A DNA stretch of 64,000 nucleotides from Candidatus Moraniibacteriota bacterium (GCA_030645735.1 JAUSNP010000005.1:8151-72150); one strand, 5' to 3'; positions 48,563 through 57,589 are shown, counted from the stretch's first letter. Notes: generated by a model from the letters alone, not told the origin. Program-made: numbers and translations.

Positions 48563-49753
48563 ATAAAAGATTATTTGTCCAAAAGAAAGTCCTGCATCGC
48601 CACGCGGGATCTTTTTATTTACATAAGCACCTTTCGAGATTAGATATTCAGAGATTATTTTGTTGTTGGCAATGCCACCAGCCAGAAAGATCGGAAGCTG
48701 TAGGGGTTTCACCCCTACAGCTAGGCCTTCCGCGATATAGAGTTGCGCAGTGGCGGCTAGGCGTTTTTTGTCTTTGTGTAAATTTTTTATCAAGTACTCG
48801 AAAAGACAAGTCGTATTTAGGATGACCGATGACCGATGACTGATGACTCTTTCTGGCATCTCAATCTTTGGTTTTATATCCAAATACGGTTTAGTTGAAT
48901 TAGCTTCCAGTTTCAGGATTGGTTCGTGTTTGTGCTTTCTTTCGTTTTTACAAAAACCCAACAAAATAGAGACGGCATCCAAAACTCGGCCACAGCTTGA
49001 AGTTTCGATGCAATTGAAATTTTGTTGCAGCTGATTATATAAAACCTCAAATTCTTGCACTGAATAATATTTTTTTACAAAAGAATAAATAAAATCTTTT
49101 TGAGATTTGAGATTTGAGATTTGAGATTTTCTTGTATCTTGTATTTTGTATCTTGTGATTTTGTCCAGTATGCTAATCAACATTCGCGCTGGTTCCTGAA
49201 TAGCCAATTCTCCACCAATCATCACTTGATTTTCAAGACTCCCAATCCTTTCAATTTTTATTTTTTGTTTTGAAATTTTGTCATTGGAAATTGGAAATTG
49301 TAAATTGGAAATTGCGAAGCATTCACCTCCCCAAATTTTGCCATCGGTGCCATAGCCCGTACCATCCAAAGCGATGCCACAGAATTTAGGTGGTAGTTTG
49401 TAGTTGGTAGTTTGTAGAGCTTTTTCGCCAACTGCAGAAAAGATGTGGGCGATATGGTGTTGGATTTGAATATGTTTGGCCTTATACTTTTTGGCCAAAT
49501 CTTTGCCTAGTATAGTAGTCTTATATAGCGGATGTAAATCAGTCAGAATAATATCCGGTTTGATTTTATTTTTTCTTAAGAATTTGTTCAATTCGTGTTG
49601 GTATTCGTTAAAATTCGTGTCTTTCAAGAGGTCTCCAAAATCTTCAGAAAAGTAAATTTTATTATAGCTAAAAACCGAAAAATTGCCATTGGATTCTGGT
49701 CCAAGAGCTAAGATTTGCTGTTTGTTTTTTTGTGGATAATTGAATACTCGCAT
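48542..49753 (-). CDS. hypF: HypF C-terminal (Kae1-like) domain only, with multiple in-frame repeat tracts
   Basis: DLHPLY, QHHIAH, DGTGYGTDG.IWGGE, TSSCGR..D, DAGLSFGQ; lacks acylphosphatase, Zn-finger and YrdC domains. Confidence 0.85.
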   Translation of the reverse strand: MRVFNYPQKNKQQILALGPESNGNFSVFSYNKIYFSEDFGDLLKDTNFNEYQHELNKFLRKNKIKPDIILTDLHPLYKTTILGKDLAKKYKAKHIQIQHHIAHIFSAVGEKALQTTNYKLPPKFCGIALDGTGYGTDGKIWGGECFAISNLQFPISNDKISKQKIKIERIGSLENQVMIGGELAIQEPARMLISILDKITRYKIQDTRKSQISNLKSQKDFIYSFVKKYYSVQEFEVLYNQLQQNFNCIETSSCGRVLDAVSILLGFCKNERKHKHEPILKLEANSTKPYLDIKPKIEMPERVISHRSSVILNTTCLFEYLIKNLHKDKKRLAATAQLYIAEGLAVGVKPLQLPIFLAGGIANNKIISEYLISKGAYVNKKIPRGDAGLSFGQIIFYLANPRN

Positions 49754-49772
49754 AATAACTTAAATTAAATTT

Positions 49773-49845
49773 TGTCATTCCCGTGAAAACGGGAATCTAG
49801 TATCGAGGCTTTGTGACTAGATTCCGGCTCAAGGCCGGAATGACA
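49773..49845. repeat. TGTCATTCC...GGAATGACA double-hairpin element, copy B
   Basis: TGTCATTCCCGTGAAAACGGGAATCTAG...CTAGATTCCGGCTCAAGGCCGGAATGACA. Confidence 0.85.
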
Positions 49846-49938
49846 ATGCGTATTTAGTATATCAAGTTATGTGGCTTTGTTGAATTGGCAAAAATCTGGT
49901 AAAATATGAGTATAAGGAAAATAAAAATTACTGAAAAT

Positions 49939-50697
49939 ATGTCAAAACCAAAAGTAGCGATTGTGAGTTTGACTTCCTGTGAGGGTTGTCAGTTTGCTTT
50001 GTTGGATCTGGGAGAAAAATTCTTGGATTTTGTAGGCAAAATTGAAATGATTGATTTTCGTTTGATCGAGGATGAAGAAGATGATGGCGGAGAGCTTGAC
50101 CTAGTTCTCGTAGAGGGCAATCCAGTGACTGAGGAAAATGTGAAAACATTGGAATCATTGCGAAAGCGTGCCAAAATTTTGGTGGCCTTGGGTAATTGTG
50201 CGGCGATGGGTGGAATTCCAGAAATCAAGAATTATCACGAGGGCGTGAATACCATCAAGCATGTGTATAAATATATTCAAGGTATTAGCAATCCAGAAAT
50301 TAAGGAGATTGATAATTTTGTGAAAGTTGATTTTGTGTTTCCTGGGTGCCCAATCAATGGTGAGGAATTTTTGAAATATATCCCTGAGCTTTTGGAAGGC
50401 AAGATTCCGGTTATTCCAGATCAACCAGTGTGTGTGGAATGCAAAGCAGCTGGTAATCGATGTTTGCTTTTGGATAAGAAGCCATGCTTTGGACCAATGA
50501 TCCAAGGTGGTTGCAATGCCGTGTGTCCAACTTCCAGAATGACTTGCCAGGGTTGTCGGGGTTTGCGCCCAACTGGCAATGTGAAGGCTATGCGTGCAGC
50601 TTTGAAAAATATGATCACAGACCATCAGTTTGAAAATATAACCGAAATCTTCGGACTCAGAGATGATATTGAGGCCAAGGAAAAATTATCAAAATAA
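49939..50697 (+). CDS. [NiFe]-hydrogenase small subunit (group 3b-like delta)
   Basis: CEGC, GNCA..GG, PGCP, VCVEC, C.G...GCNAVCP...CQGCRG; start 49906 or 49939. Confidence 0.92.
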   Translation: MSKPKVAIVSLTSCEGCQFALLDLGEKFLDFVGKIEMIDFRLIEDEEDDGGELDLVLVEGNPVTEENVKTLESLRKRAKILVALGNCAAMGGIPEIKNYHEGVNTIKHVYKYIQGISNPEIKEIDNFVKVDFVFPGCPINGEEFLKYIPELLEGKIPVIPDQPVCVECKAAGNRCLLLDKKPCFGPMIQGGCNAVCPTSRMTCQGCRGLRPTGNVKAMRAALKNMITDHQFENITEIFGLRDDIEAKEKLSK

Positions 50698-50703
50698 AAT
50701 ATT

Positions 50704-51963
50704 ATGCAAATAAAAATCAATCATATCGCAAAAATGGAAGGACACGCGGGCTTTATGGCCAGTGTTCTCAATGGCGATGTTAAAAGTGCCAAGCTCGAAG
50801 TGCAAGAGGGAATTCGCCTAATTGAAGGAGTTTTGATTGGTCGGCACTATGCTGATATGCCGACAATTGCTCAGCGCATCTGTGGAATTTGTCCAGTGGT
50901 GCACAATTTGACAGCTATCAAGGCTTTGGAGAGTGCTATGGGTGTTTCCGTGTCGCCTGAGGCTGAAAAATTGCGCGTGGTGATGGAATTGGGTCAAATC
51001 ATACATTCGCACTCCCTGCATCTATTCTTCTTGTCTCTAGCTGATTTCTTGGATATGGATAACGATATTCAACTCATCAGCACCTATCCAGAAGAGGCCA
51101 AAATTGCCATGCGCTTGCGAGATTATGGGATGGATATTGTGCGAGTGATTGGCGGGCGTGTAGTGCATCCTTTGACCAACGAAGTGGGCGGTTTCAAAAA
51201 GGCACCAGACGCAGATGCTCTACGAAAAATCGTGACTGACAGTAGTCAGGCGCTGAAAGATGCAGTGGCGTTAGGAGAATTTTTCAAGAAAATAAAAATC
51301 CCAGATTTTCAACGCGAGACCGAATATATATGTCTAGGAAAAAATGGGGAGTATGCAATTTATGACGGTGATGTAATCTCTTCACAGGGTTTGCACATTC
51401 CAGTGGAAAAATTTGAAAGCAATTTTCAAGAATTGCAAAAACAAACTGAATTGATCAAAAAAGTTGTGCATGAAGGCAAGAGCTATATGATTGGCGCGAT
51501 TGCTAGAATCAACAATAGTCGTGATAAGCTTAGTCCACAGGCTAGCAGTTATCTTGATAGTTTGAATTTCACTTTTCCAGATTACAATCCATTTCATAAC
51601 ATTTTGTGTCAGATGGTGGAGGTTATTCATTGTATTGAACAATCAAGTAAATTGATCAAGGAATTATTGCATTCTGATTTGAACAATGTGGTGACTGGAA
51701 AATATGAAATCAAAGAAGGGGTTGGGGTGGCCGCAGTGGAAGCTCCGCGCGGAACGCTCTATTATCATGTAGAAGTTGATCACAACGGCTATCTGAAAAA
51801 TGTAAATATCATCACGCCAACTGCACAATTCTTGTCGAATTTGGAAGATGATGTGGCAGACTATATCAAAGAAATTATTGACCTGAAAGACGCTGATAAA
51901 CAAAAAAAACTCCGCGGTTTCATTCGTGCCTATGATCCTTGCATTTCTTGCGCAGTACACTAA
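50704..51963 (+). CDS. [NiFe]-hydrogenase large subunit (group 3b-like alpha)
   Basis: EGH, L1 RICGICPVVH, EAPRG, L2 DPCISCAVH at the C-terminus. Confidence 0.95.
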   Translation: MQIKINHIAKMEGHAGFMASVLNGDVKSAKLEVQEGIRLIEGVLIGRHYADMPTIAQRICGICPVVHNLTAIKALESAMGVSVSPEAEKLRVVMELGQIIHSHSLHLFFLSLADFLDMDNDIQLISTYPEEAKIAMRLRDYGMDIVRVIGGRVVHPLTNEVGGFKKAPDADALRKIVTDSSQALKDAVALGEFFKKIKIPDFQRETEYICLGKNGEYAIYDGDVISSQGLHIPVEKFESNFQELQKQTELIKKVVHEGKSYMIGAIARINNSRDKLSPQASSYLDSLNFTFPDYNPFHNILCQMVEVIHCIEQSSKLIKELLHSDLNNVVTGKYEIKEGVGVAAVEAPRGTLYYHVEVDHNGYLKNVNIITPTAQFLSNLEDDVADYIKEIIDLKDADKQKKLRGFIRAYDPCISCAVH

Positions 51964-51969
51964 GGATAT

Positions 51970-52045
51970 AAATCACTAATCTACACGAATTTTTCACTAA
52001 TAATTCGCGAATATTTGAGAATAATTAGGGATTGATTTGTGACTT
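51970..52045. repeat. ACTAAT/ACGAAT-family degenerate array with inverted right arm
   Basis: cactaatctacacgaatttttcactaataattcgcgaatatttgagaataattaggg; similar at ~22960-23030, 27625-27715, 32905-32945. Confidence 0.6.
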
Positions 52046-52053
52046 AAATCATC

Positions 52054-52431
52054 ATGACTGAATTAAACCAAGTTTATAAATGTAATGTGTGTGGCAATAT
52101 TGTGGAAGTTTTGCACACGGGAGTTGGGGAATTGGTATGTTGCGGACAACCGATGGGATTGCAAATAGAAAAGACTGAAGAAGAAAAATTTGAAAAACAT
52201 CGACCGGTGGTGGAAAAAACGGATGCAGGTGTGATTGTGCGTGTAGGATCTGTGGCGCATCCGATGGAAAGTGAGCATTATATTGAATGGATTGAGGTAA
52301 TCACTGAACACAGAGCATATCGCAAAAATTTGGAACCAGGTGGAGCGCCAGCAGCAGAATTTTTCTTTGATGCTGAGCATTTCGAAGTGCGCGCTTATTG
52401 CAATGTGCATGGGCTGTGGAAGAACGTATAA
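52054..52431 (+). CDS. dfx: Desulfoferrodoxin / 2Fe superoxide reductase
   Basis: CNVCGN...CCG, EKH.P, HPM...HYIEWI, CNVHG. Confidence 0.96.
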   Translation: MTELNQVYKCNVCGNIVEVLHTGVGELVCCGQPMGLQIEKTEEEKFEKHRPVVEKTDAGVIVRVGSVAHPMESEHYIEWIEVITEHRAYRKNLEPGGAPAAEFFFDAEHFEVRAYCNVHGLWKNV

Positions 52432-52546
52432 CGTAAATCGCAAAACGTGTAACGCACAACACGCATAATATAAATCGCAAATTGTATAATTTATAACGCA
52501 AATCATGTAACGATTCACGTTCCACGATTCACGTTCCACGAAATTC
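52432..52546. repeat. Bipartite 7-mer array (AACG/CGTT family)
   Basis: cgtaaatcgcaaaacgtgtaacgcacaacacgc...acgattcacgttccacgattcacgttccacg. Confidence 0.85.
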
Positions 52547-52819
52547 ATGCATGATTTTCTACTAGCCAAAGAAATTGTTGATGAAGTTCTAGCGATTGCT
52601 GCAGAAAAAAAACTGACAGCGATCAAAAGTGTTGATGTTGAAATTGGCACAATCGCTTTGGCGCATGATGGTTTTGATGAGCACACCGAAGATATTGATG
52701 TGGAAAATCTTCAATTTGGACTAGAAAACATTGCTAAAAACACAATATTGAAAAATACCGAGTTTAAGTTTAAAAAAGTATCAGGGGATAATTGGAAAAT
52801 CACCAACATCGAAATCTAA
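52547..52819 (+). CDS. hypA: HypA-like nickel chaperone lacking the Zn domain
   Basis: N-terminal MHD, V.VEIG, LQF; no cysteines. Confidence 0.8.
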   Translation: MHDFLLAKEIVDEVLAIAAEKKLTAIKSVDVEIGTIALAHDGFDEHTEDIDVENLQFGLENIAKNTILKNTEFKFKKVSGDNWKITNIEI

Positions 52820-52840
52820 TAATTTTTTAATTTTTATATT

Positions 52841-53845
52841 ATGACAAGAATAGCAATCAATGGCTTCGGCCGAATCGGACGCATGTCGCTCAAAATCGCC
52901 CTAACCAAAAATGATGTAGAGGTGGTAGCTATCAATGACTTGGTGGACATCAAGACTGTAGCGCATCTTTTTGAGTATGATTCATCTTATGGTAAGAGTG
53001 GTCACGATGTTTCCGTAGATGAGGCTAGTGCAGAAATTATTGTAGATGGGAAAAGAATAAAATATTTCAGTGAAAAGGAACCAGAAAAATTGCCATGGGG
53101 AGATTTGGGAGTGGATATTGTTTTGGAGTGCACTGGAATTTTTGTGGACAGAGAAGGCGCACAAAAACATCTTTTAGCTGGAGCGAAAAAAGTTCTTTTG
53201 TCTGCGCCGCCTAAGGGTGATATCCCAGTTTATGTTCTAGGTATCAATGAGCATGATTACAATCCAACAGAAAATATTATTTCTAACGCTTCTTGCACAA
53301 CCAATTGTTTAGCACCGATGATTAAGGTGTTGGATGAGACTTTTGGATTGGAGAAAGGTTTTATGACCACTACACATGCCTACACTAACGATCAACGTTT
53401 GCAAGATTTGCCACACAAAGATTTGCGCCGAGCGCGTGCCGCAGCTCTCAATATTATCCCAACATCTACGGGCGCTGCCAAAACCGTTGGTTTGGTGATG
53501 AAGCATTTGGCTGGCAAGTTGGATGGAATTTCTTTGCGCGTACCAACTCCAGTGGTTTCAGTAGTGGATTTTATCTGTGTTTTGAAAAAAGATACTACGG
53601 TAGATGAAATAAATAATGCTTTTCGAAAAGCGTCACAAGGTGAGTTGAAAAATATCATGGAAGCGGAAGAGGGTCAGTTGGTTTCTATGGATTTCAAGGG
53701 CAATCCACATTCTGTGATTGTTGATTTACCACTGACTATGGCCAATGGAAATTTAGTCAAAGTTGTGGGTTGGTATGATAATGAATGGGGATATTCTAAT
53801 AGACTTGTGGAAATGGCGGAATTTGTGGGCAGTAAAATGGAATAA
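52841..53845 (+). CDS. gap: Glyceraldehyde-3-phosphate dehydrogenase type I
   Basis: INGFGRIGR, ASCTTNC, WYDNEWGY. Confidence 0.98.
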   Translation: MTRIAINGFGRIGRMSLKIALTKNDVEVVAINDLVDIKTVAHLFEYDSSYGKSGHDVSVDEASAEIIVDGKRIKYFSEKEPEKLPWGDLGVDIVLECTGIFVDREGAQKHLLAGAKKVLLSAPPKGDIPVYVLGINEHDYNPTENIISNASCTTNCLAPMIKVLDETFGLEKGFMTTTHAYTNDQRLQDLPHKDLRRARAAALNIIPTSTGAAKTVGLVMKHLAGKLDGISLRVPTPVVSVVDFICVLKKDTTVDEINNAFRKASQGELKNIMEAEEGQLVSMDFKGNPHSVIVDLPLTMANGNLVKVVGWYDNEWGYSNRLVEMAEFVGSKME

Positions 53846-53869
53846 TTTTTTTGTAGGTATTTATTAAAA

Positions 53870-54010
53870 ATTTTAAAATCCAAAATTCAAAGCATCAAAT
53901 TCCAAATAAATTACAATGACCAAAATATAAAATTCAAAAAAAACTTTTGGATTTTGAAAATTGCAATTTTAAATTTATTTGTTATTTATGATTTTGGGTT
54001 TTGAAATTAA
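53870..54010. repeat. Bipartite 7-mer array (CAAAATT/TTTTG family)
   Basis: aaatccaaaattcaaagcatcaaattccaaa...ttttggattttgaaaattgc...gattttgggttttgaaatt. Confidence 0.75.
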
Positions 54011-54015
54011 CTTTT

Positions 54016-55587
54016 ATGTTCGACATCATAATAAAAAACGGGACACTAATTGACGGTAGTGGCAAACCAATGTATCGGGCGGATATTGGCATTAAGGATG
54101 ATCGGATTGCTAAAATTGGTGATTTGCACAATGAAAAAAGTGATTTGGAGATTGATGCTTCAGAGCGCTTGGTTTGTCCTGGGTTTGTGGATGTCAATAA
54201 TCATAGCGACACCTATTGGCAAATTTTTGCTAATCCGAACTTGGAAAGTTTAGTACATCAAGGCATCACCACAATTGTGGGTGGAAATTGTGGCGCATCG
54301 CTGGCGCCACTTCTTGGCGCTAATGCAATATCTTCGGTGCAAAAATGGGCCAACATCAGTCAGACCAGTTTGGATTGGTTGACAATGGAAGAATTTCTGG
54401 ATGTAGTTGAGCGAAAAAAAATGTCTGTAAACTTTGCCACTCTAGTGGGTCATGCAACTTTGCGACGAAGTATTTTGGGTGACGATATGCGAAATTTGAA
54501 TGTTAAAGAAGTTGATTTTTTGGCCAATAAATTAGCCACTGCTATGAAAGATGGCGCGCTAGGAATGTCTTCTGGCTTGATTTATTCGCATGCTAGAAGC
54601 ACTACAACAGATGAATTGGTGAATCTTTCCCAAACAATAGAAAAATATAATGGCGTGTATGTGACGCATATGCGCAATGAAAATTCCGATATTATTGCGG
54701 CAACAGAAGAGGCAATAGAGATTGCCAGAAAATCAAAAGTGAAATTACACATCTCTCATTTAAAAGTGATGGGTGAAAAAAATTGGGGCATGATGGATGG
54801 CGCACTTGATGCGATTTCTCGAGCAAATGAAGTTGGGCTGGATGTTTCCTTTGATGTTTTCCCCTACACCAATACAGGTTCAGTTTTGTATACGCTTTTG
54901 CCAGACTGGGTAACGGATGGTGGAAAAAAGATGCTGTTGAGTCGCTTAAAAAATCTAGAGACGCGAGCCAAGCTAGTGGCTGAAATGAAAGAATCGGGAA
55001 TTGATTATGCTAAAATTGAAATTGCTATTTCTCCGCTGAACAAAACTTTGGCGCGCCGAAAAATTTCTGAAATTGCGACTTCACAGGAAAAAACTATTGA
55101 AGACACGGTCATTGATATCTTGCTTGCGTCAGAAGGCCGTGTGATTATTTCCCTGGATGTTTTGAGTGAAGAAAATATTGCTAAGGCAATCGTGCATCCA
55201 GCCTCGATGATTTCTACTAATGGCTCGGGTTATGCTGACACTCACAGTAAGACTGGTGAGATGGTGCATCCGCGAAGCTTTGGCACCTTTCCAAGAATTT
55301 TGTCAAAATATGTTCTAGGCAAAAGAATCATTAGTTGGGAAGAGGCCGTGAAAAAAATGACTTCGATGCCGGCGCAAAAGTTTGGCATCGAAAGACGCGG
55401 GGAATTGAAAGAGAAATATTTTGCGGATATTGTGGTTATCAATCGTGATGAAATTCGTGACATGGCTACACCAGAAAATCCTTATCAGTATAACAAGGGA
55501 ATTGACTTTGTTTTGGTGAATGGACAGATTGTGCTACAAGATGGTATATATAATAATGGTCGCAATGGCCGGGTAATTAGACGCTAG
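54016..55587 (+). CDS. N-acyl-D-amino-acid deacylase family amidohydrolase
   Basis: PGFVD..HSD, QGITT..GGNCG, HMRNE, HISHLK, HPRSFGTFPR. Confidence 0.92.
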   Translation: MFDIIIKNGTLIDGSGKPMYRADIGIKDDRIAKIGDLHNEKSDLEIDASERLVCPGFVDVNNHSDTYWQIFANPNLESLVHQGITTIVGGNCGASLAPLLGANAISSVQKWANISQTSLDWLTMEEFLDVVERKKMSVNFATLVGHATLRRSILGDDMRNLNVKEVDFLANKLATAMKDGALGMSSGLIYSHARSTTTDELVNLSQTIEKYNGVYVTHMRNENSDIIAATEEAIEIARKSKVKLHISHLKVMGEKNWGMMDGALDAISRANEVGLDVSFDVFPYTNTGSVLYTLLPDWVTDGGKKMLLSRLKNLETRAKLVAEMKESGIDYAKIEIAISPLNKTLARRKISEIATSQEKTIEDTVIDILLASEGRVIISLDVLSEENIAKAIVHPASMISTNGSGYADTHSKTGEMVHPRSFGTFPRILSKYVLGKRIISWEEAVKKMTSMPAQKFGIERRGELKEKYFADIVVINRDEIRDMATPENPYQYNKGIDFVLVNGQIVLQDGIYNNGRNGRVIRR

Positions 55588-55607
55588 AGCCTATTTAGGT
55601 GAAATTG

Positions 55608-56996
55608 ATGAATATATCTGAGTTGCAAGGTAAAAAAATAACAGTTATGGGTCTTGGCCTACATGGCGGTGGAGTTGGCACTGTGCGTTTTTTGCATGCC
55701 GCAGGCGCCATTTTGACCGTGACTGACATGAAATCAGAGGTCGAGTTGCAACCATCACTAGAAAAATTGAAAGAATTGGACGGAATCAAGTATGTCTTAG
55801 GCAGGCATGAGGTTGAAGATTTTTCTCAGGCAGATATGATTGTGAAAACTCCGCCAATTCCATGGACTAATGAGTTCATAAAGATAGCTCTAGAAAAAAA
55901 TATTCCAGTGGAAATTGACTCTAGCTTGTTTTTTAAATTGTGTCCAAATCTAATCATTGGCGTGACTGGCACACGTGGCAAGACCACAACTTCCAGTTTG
56001 ATTTATGGAATTTTGAAAATGGCTGGCAAAAATCCAGTGAAGGTTGGAATTGGCCAAGTTTCAGTTTTGGACAAGCTGAATGAATTGCAAGAAGATTCAA
56101 TTGTGGTTTTTGAACTTTCCAGTTGGCGCTTGAGTGCTTTGGGTCGTCACAAATTGAGTCCAAAAATTGCCGTGGTGACCAATATCTATCCAGATCATTT
56201 GAACTATTATGGTTCAATGGATGAATATGTAGCAGACAAGAAAAATATTTTCTTAGATCAAGCCGAGGATGGTATTTGTGTTTTGAATTGGGATAATGAA
56301 GTGGTGCGTGGATTTGAAAAAGAAATTAGAGCCAAGATAATAAAAATTTCTACCAAAGAAAAGCCAACTGGATTAGCAGTTTTTGTTCGAGAGGGTCAAA
56401 TTGTGATTGGGGATGAGACTGGCGAGAAAAATATTTTGACTGTGTCAGATATAAAAATGAAAGGCGAGCATAATTTAGCCAATATTCTAGAAGCCGTGGC
56501 GGTTGCGCATTGGATGAAGATTGATGATGAAAATATTGCTAAGGCTGTTGTAGACTTTTCTGGCTTACCACATCGCTTGGAATTTGTGAAAGAAATTGAC
56601 GGCGTGAAATATTACAACGATACAGCAGCTACTTCACCAGAAGGCGCGATTGCTGGTATCAATTCTTTTTCAGAAAAAATTGTTTTGATTGCAGGTGGGT
56701 CAGATAAAAATTTAGATATGACAGTATTGGCCAAGGAGATTTCGGAAAAAGTGAAAACGGTTATTTTTTTGAAAGGTGTGGCGACAGATAAGATAATTGC
56801 TGCTATGCAGGCACAGGGCAGTGAGCAAGATTTCATTGTTGTGAGCTCAATGCTGGATGCAGTGGAAGAAGCGCGCAAACAAGCTTCCTCTGGTGATGTG
56901 GTTTTGCTTTCACCTGGATCAGCTAGTTTTGGTTTATTTTTGAACGAATTTGATCGCGGAGACAAGTTTAAGGCGGTTGTTGATGGCCTAAAATAA
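55608..56996 (+). CDS. murD: UDP-MurNAc-L-Ala:D-Glu ligase
   Basis: GLG.HG, TGTRGKTTT, ELSSW, DHLN, HRLE, SPGSASF. Confidence 0.95.
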   Translation: MNISELQGKKITVMGLGLHGGGVGTVRFLHAAGAILTVTDMKSEVELQPSLEKLKELDGIKYVLGRHEVEDFSQADMIVKTPPIPWTNEFIKIALEKNIPVEIDSSLFFKLCPNLIIGVTGTRGKTTTSSLIYGILKMAGKNPVKVGIGQVSVLDKLNELQEDSIVVFELSSWRLSALGRHKLSPKIAVVTNIYPDHLNYYGSMDEYVADKKNIFLDQAEDGICVLNWDNEVVRGFEKEIRAKIIKISTKEKPTGLAVFVREGQIVIGDETGEKNILTVSDIKMKGEHNLANILEAVAVAHWMKIDDENIAKAVVDFSGLPHRLEFVKEIDGVKYYNDTAATSPEGAIAGINSFSEKIVLIAGGSDKNLDMTVLAKEISEKVKTVIFLKGVATDKIIAAMQAQGSEQDFIVVSSMLDAVEEARKQASSGDVVLLSPGSASFGLFLNEFDRGDKFKAVVDGLK

Positions 56997-57067
56997 GCTG
57001 AGGCTAGCGACTATGGACAAAGATTTTATATCTGTTATAATAAATTACAGTTTTTGAGTTTGAATAT

Positions 57068-57141
57068 GGGCCCTTAGCTCAGCTGGCTAGAGCGCCTCGT
57101 TTGCACCGAGGAGGTCAGGAGTTCGAATCCCCTAGGGTCCA
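57068..57141 (+). tRNA. tRNA-Ala(TGC)
   Basis: Cloverleaf GGGCCCT/AGGGTCC with G3:U70, anticodon loop TTTGCAC. Confidence 0.95.
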
Positions 57142-57173
57142 CCCATATTACAAATATAGAAAAGAAAAACAAT

Positions 57174-57223
57174 GGGCGTGTAGCTCAGTTGGTTAGAGCA
57201 AGCCCGCCACGGCGGGTAATGAC
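57174..57223 (+). pseudogene. 5' tRNA-Ile fragment with anticodon replaced by CCCGCCACGGCGGG
   Basis: 26 nt identical to tRNA-Ile 5' end, palindrome at 57203-57216, then TAATGAC. Confidence 0.85.
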
Positions 57224-57253
57224 AGTCGATTTGCAGAGTTTAAAATAAAGCAT

Positions 57254-57327
57254 GGGCGTGTAGCTCAGTTGGTTAGAGCGCGTCACTGATAATGACGAGG
57301 TCCCCAGTTCGAATCTAGGCACGCCCA
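57254..57327 (+). tRNA. tRNA-Ile(GAT)
   Basis: Cloverleaf GGGCGTG/CACGCCC, anticodon loop CTGATAA, TTCGAAT. Confidence 0.95.
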
Positions 57328-57328
57328 C

Positions 57329-57589
57329 ATGTTTACTACATACATCATCAAAAACTGTAGTGGGAAGAGTTATACAGGAAGTACTGAAAATGTGAAAGAA
57401 AGGATTTTGATGCACAACGATATTTCTGTAGAAAAAGCAAGATTTCATAGAACTACTTATAATAAGGGTCCATGGTCAATCTTTTTTAGTAAGGATTTTG
57501 AAACTAGAAAAGAATCTTTGGATTTTGAGAAATTTCTTAAAACAGGTGCGGGAAGAGAGTGGTTAGAGCGCGCCCGCCGCGGCGGGTAA
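57329..57589 (+). CDS. GIY-YIG nuclease whose C-terminus is encoded by tRNA-derived sequence
   Basis: TYII...SYTGST.N..ER...HN, KGPW, EKFLKTGAGREW. Confidence 0.88.
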   Translation: MFTTYIIKNCSGKSYTGSTENVKERILMHNDISVEKARFHRTTYNKGPWSIFFSKDFETRKESLDFEKFLKTGAGREWLERARRGG

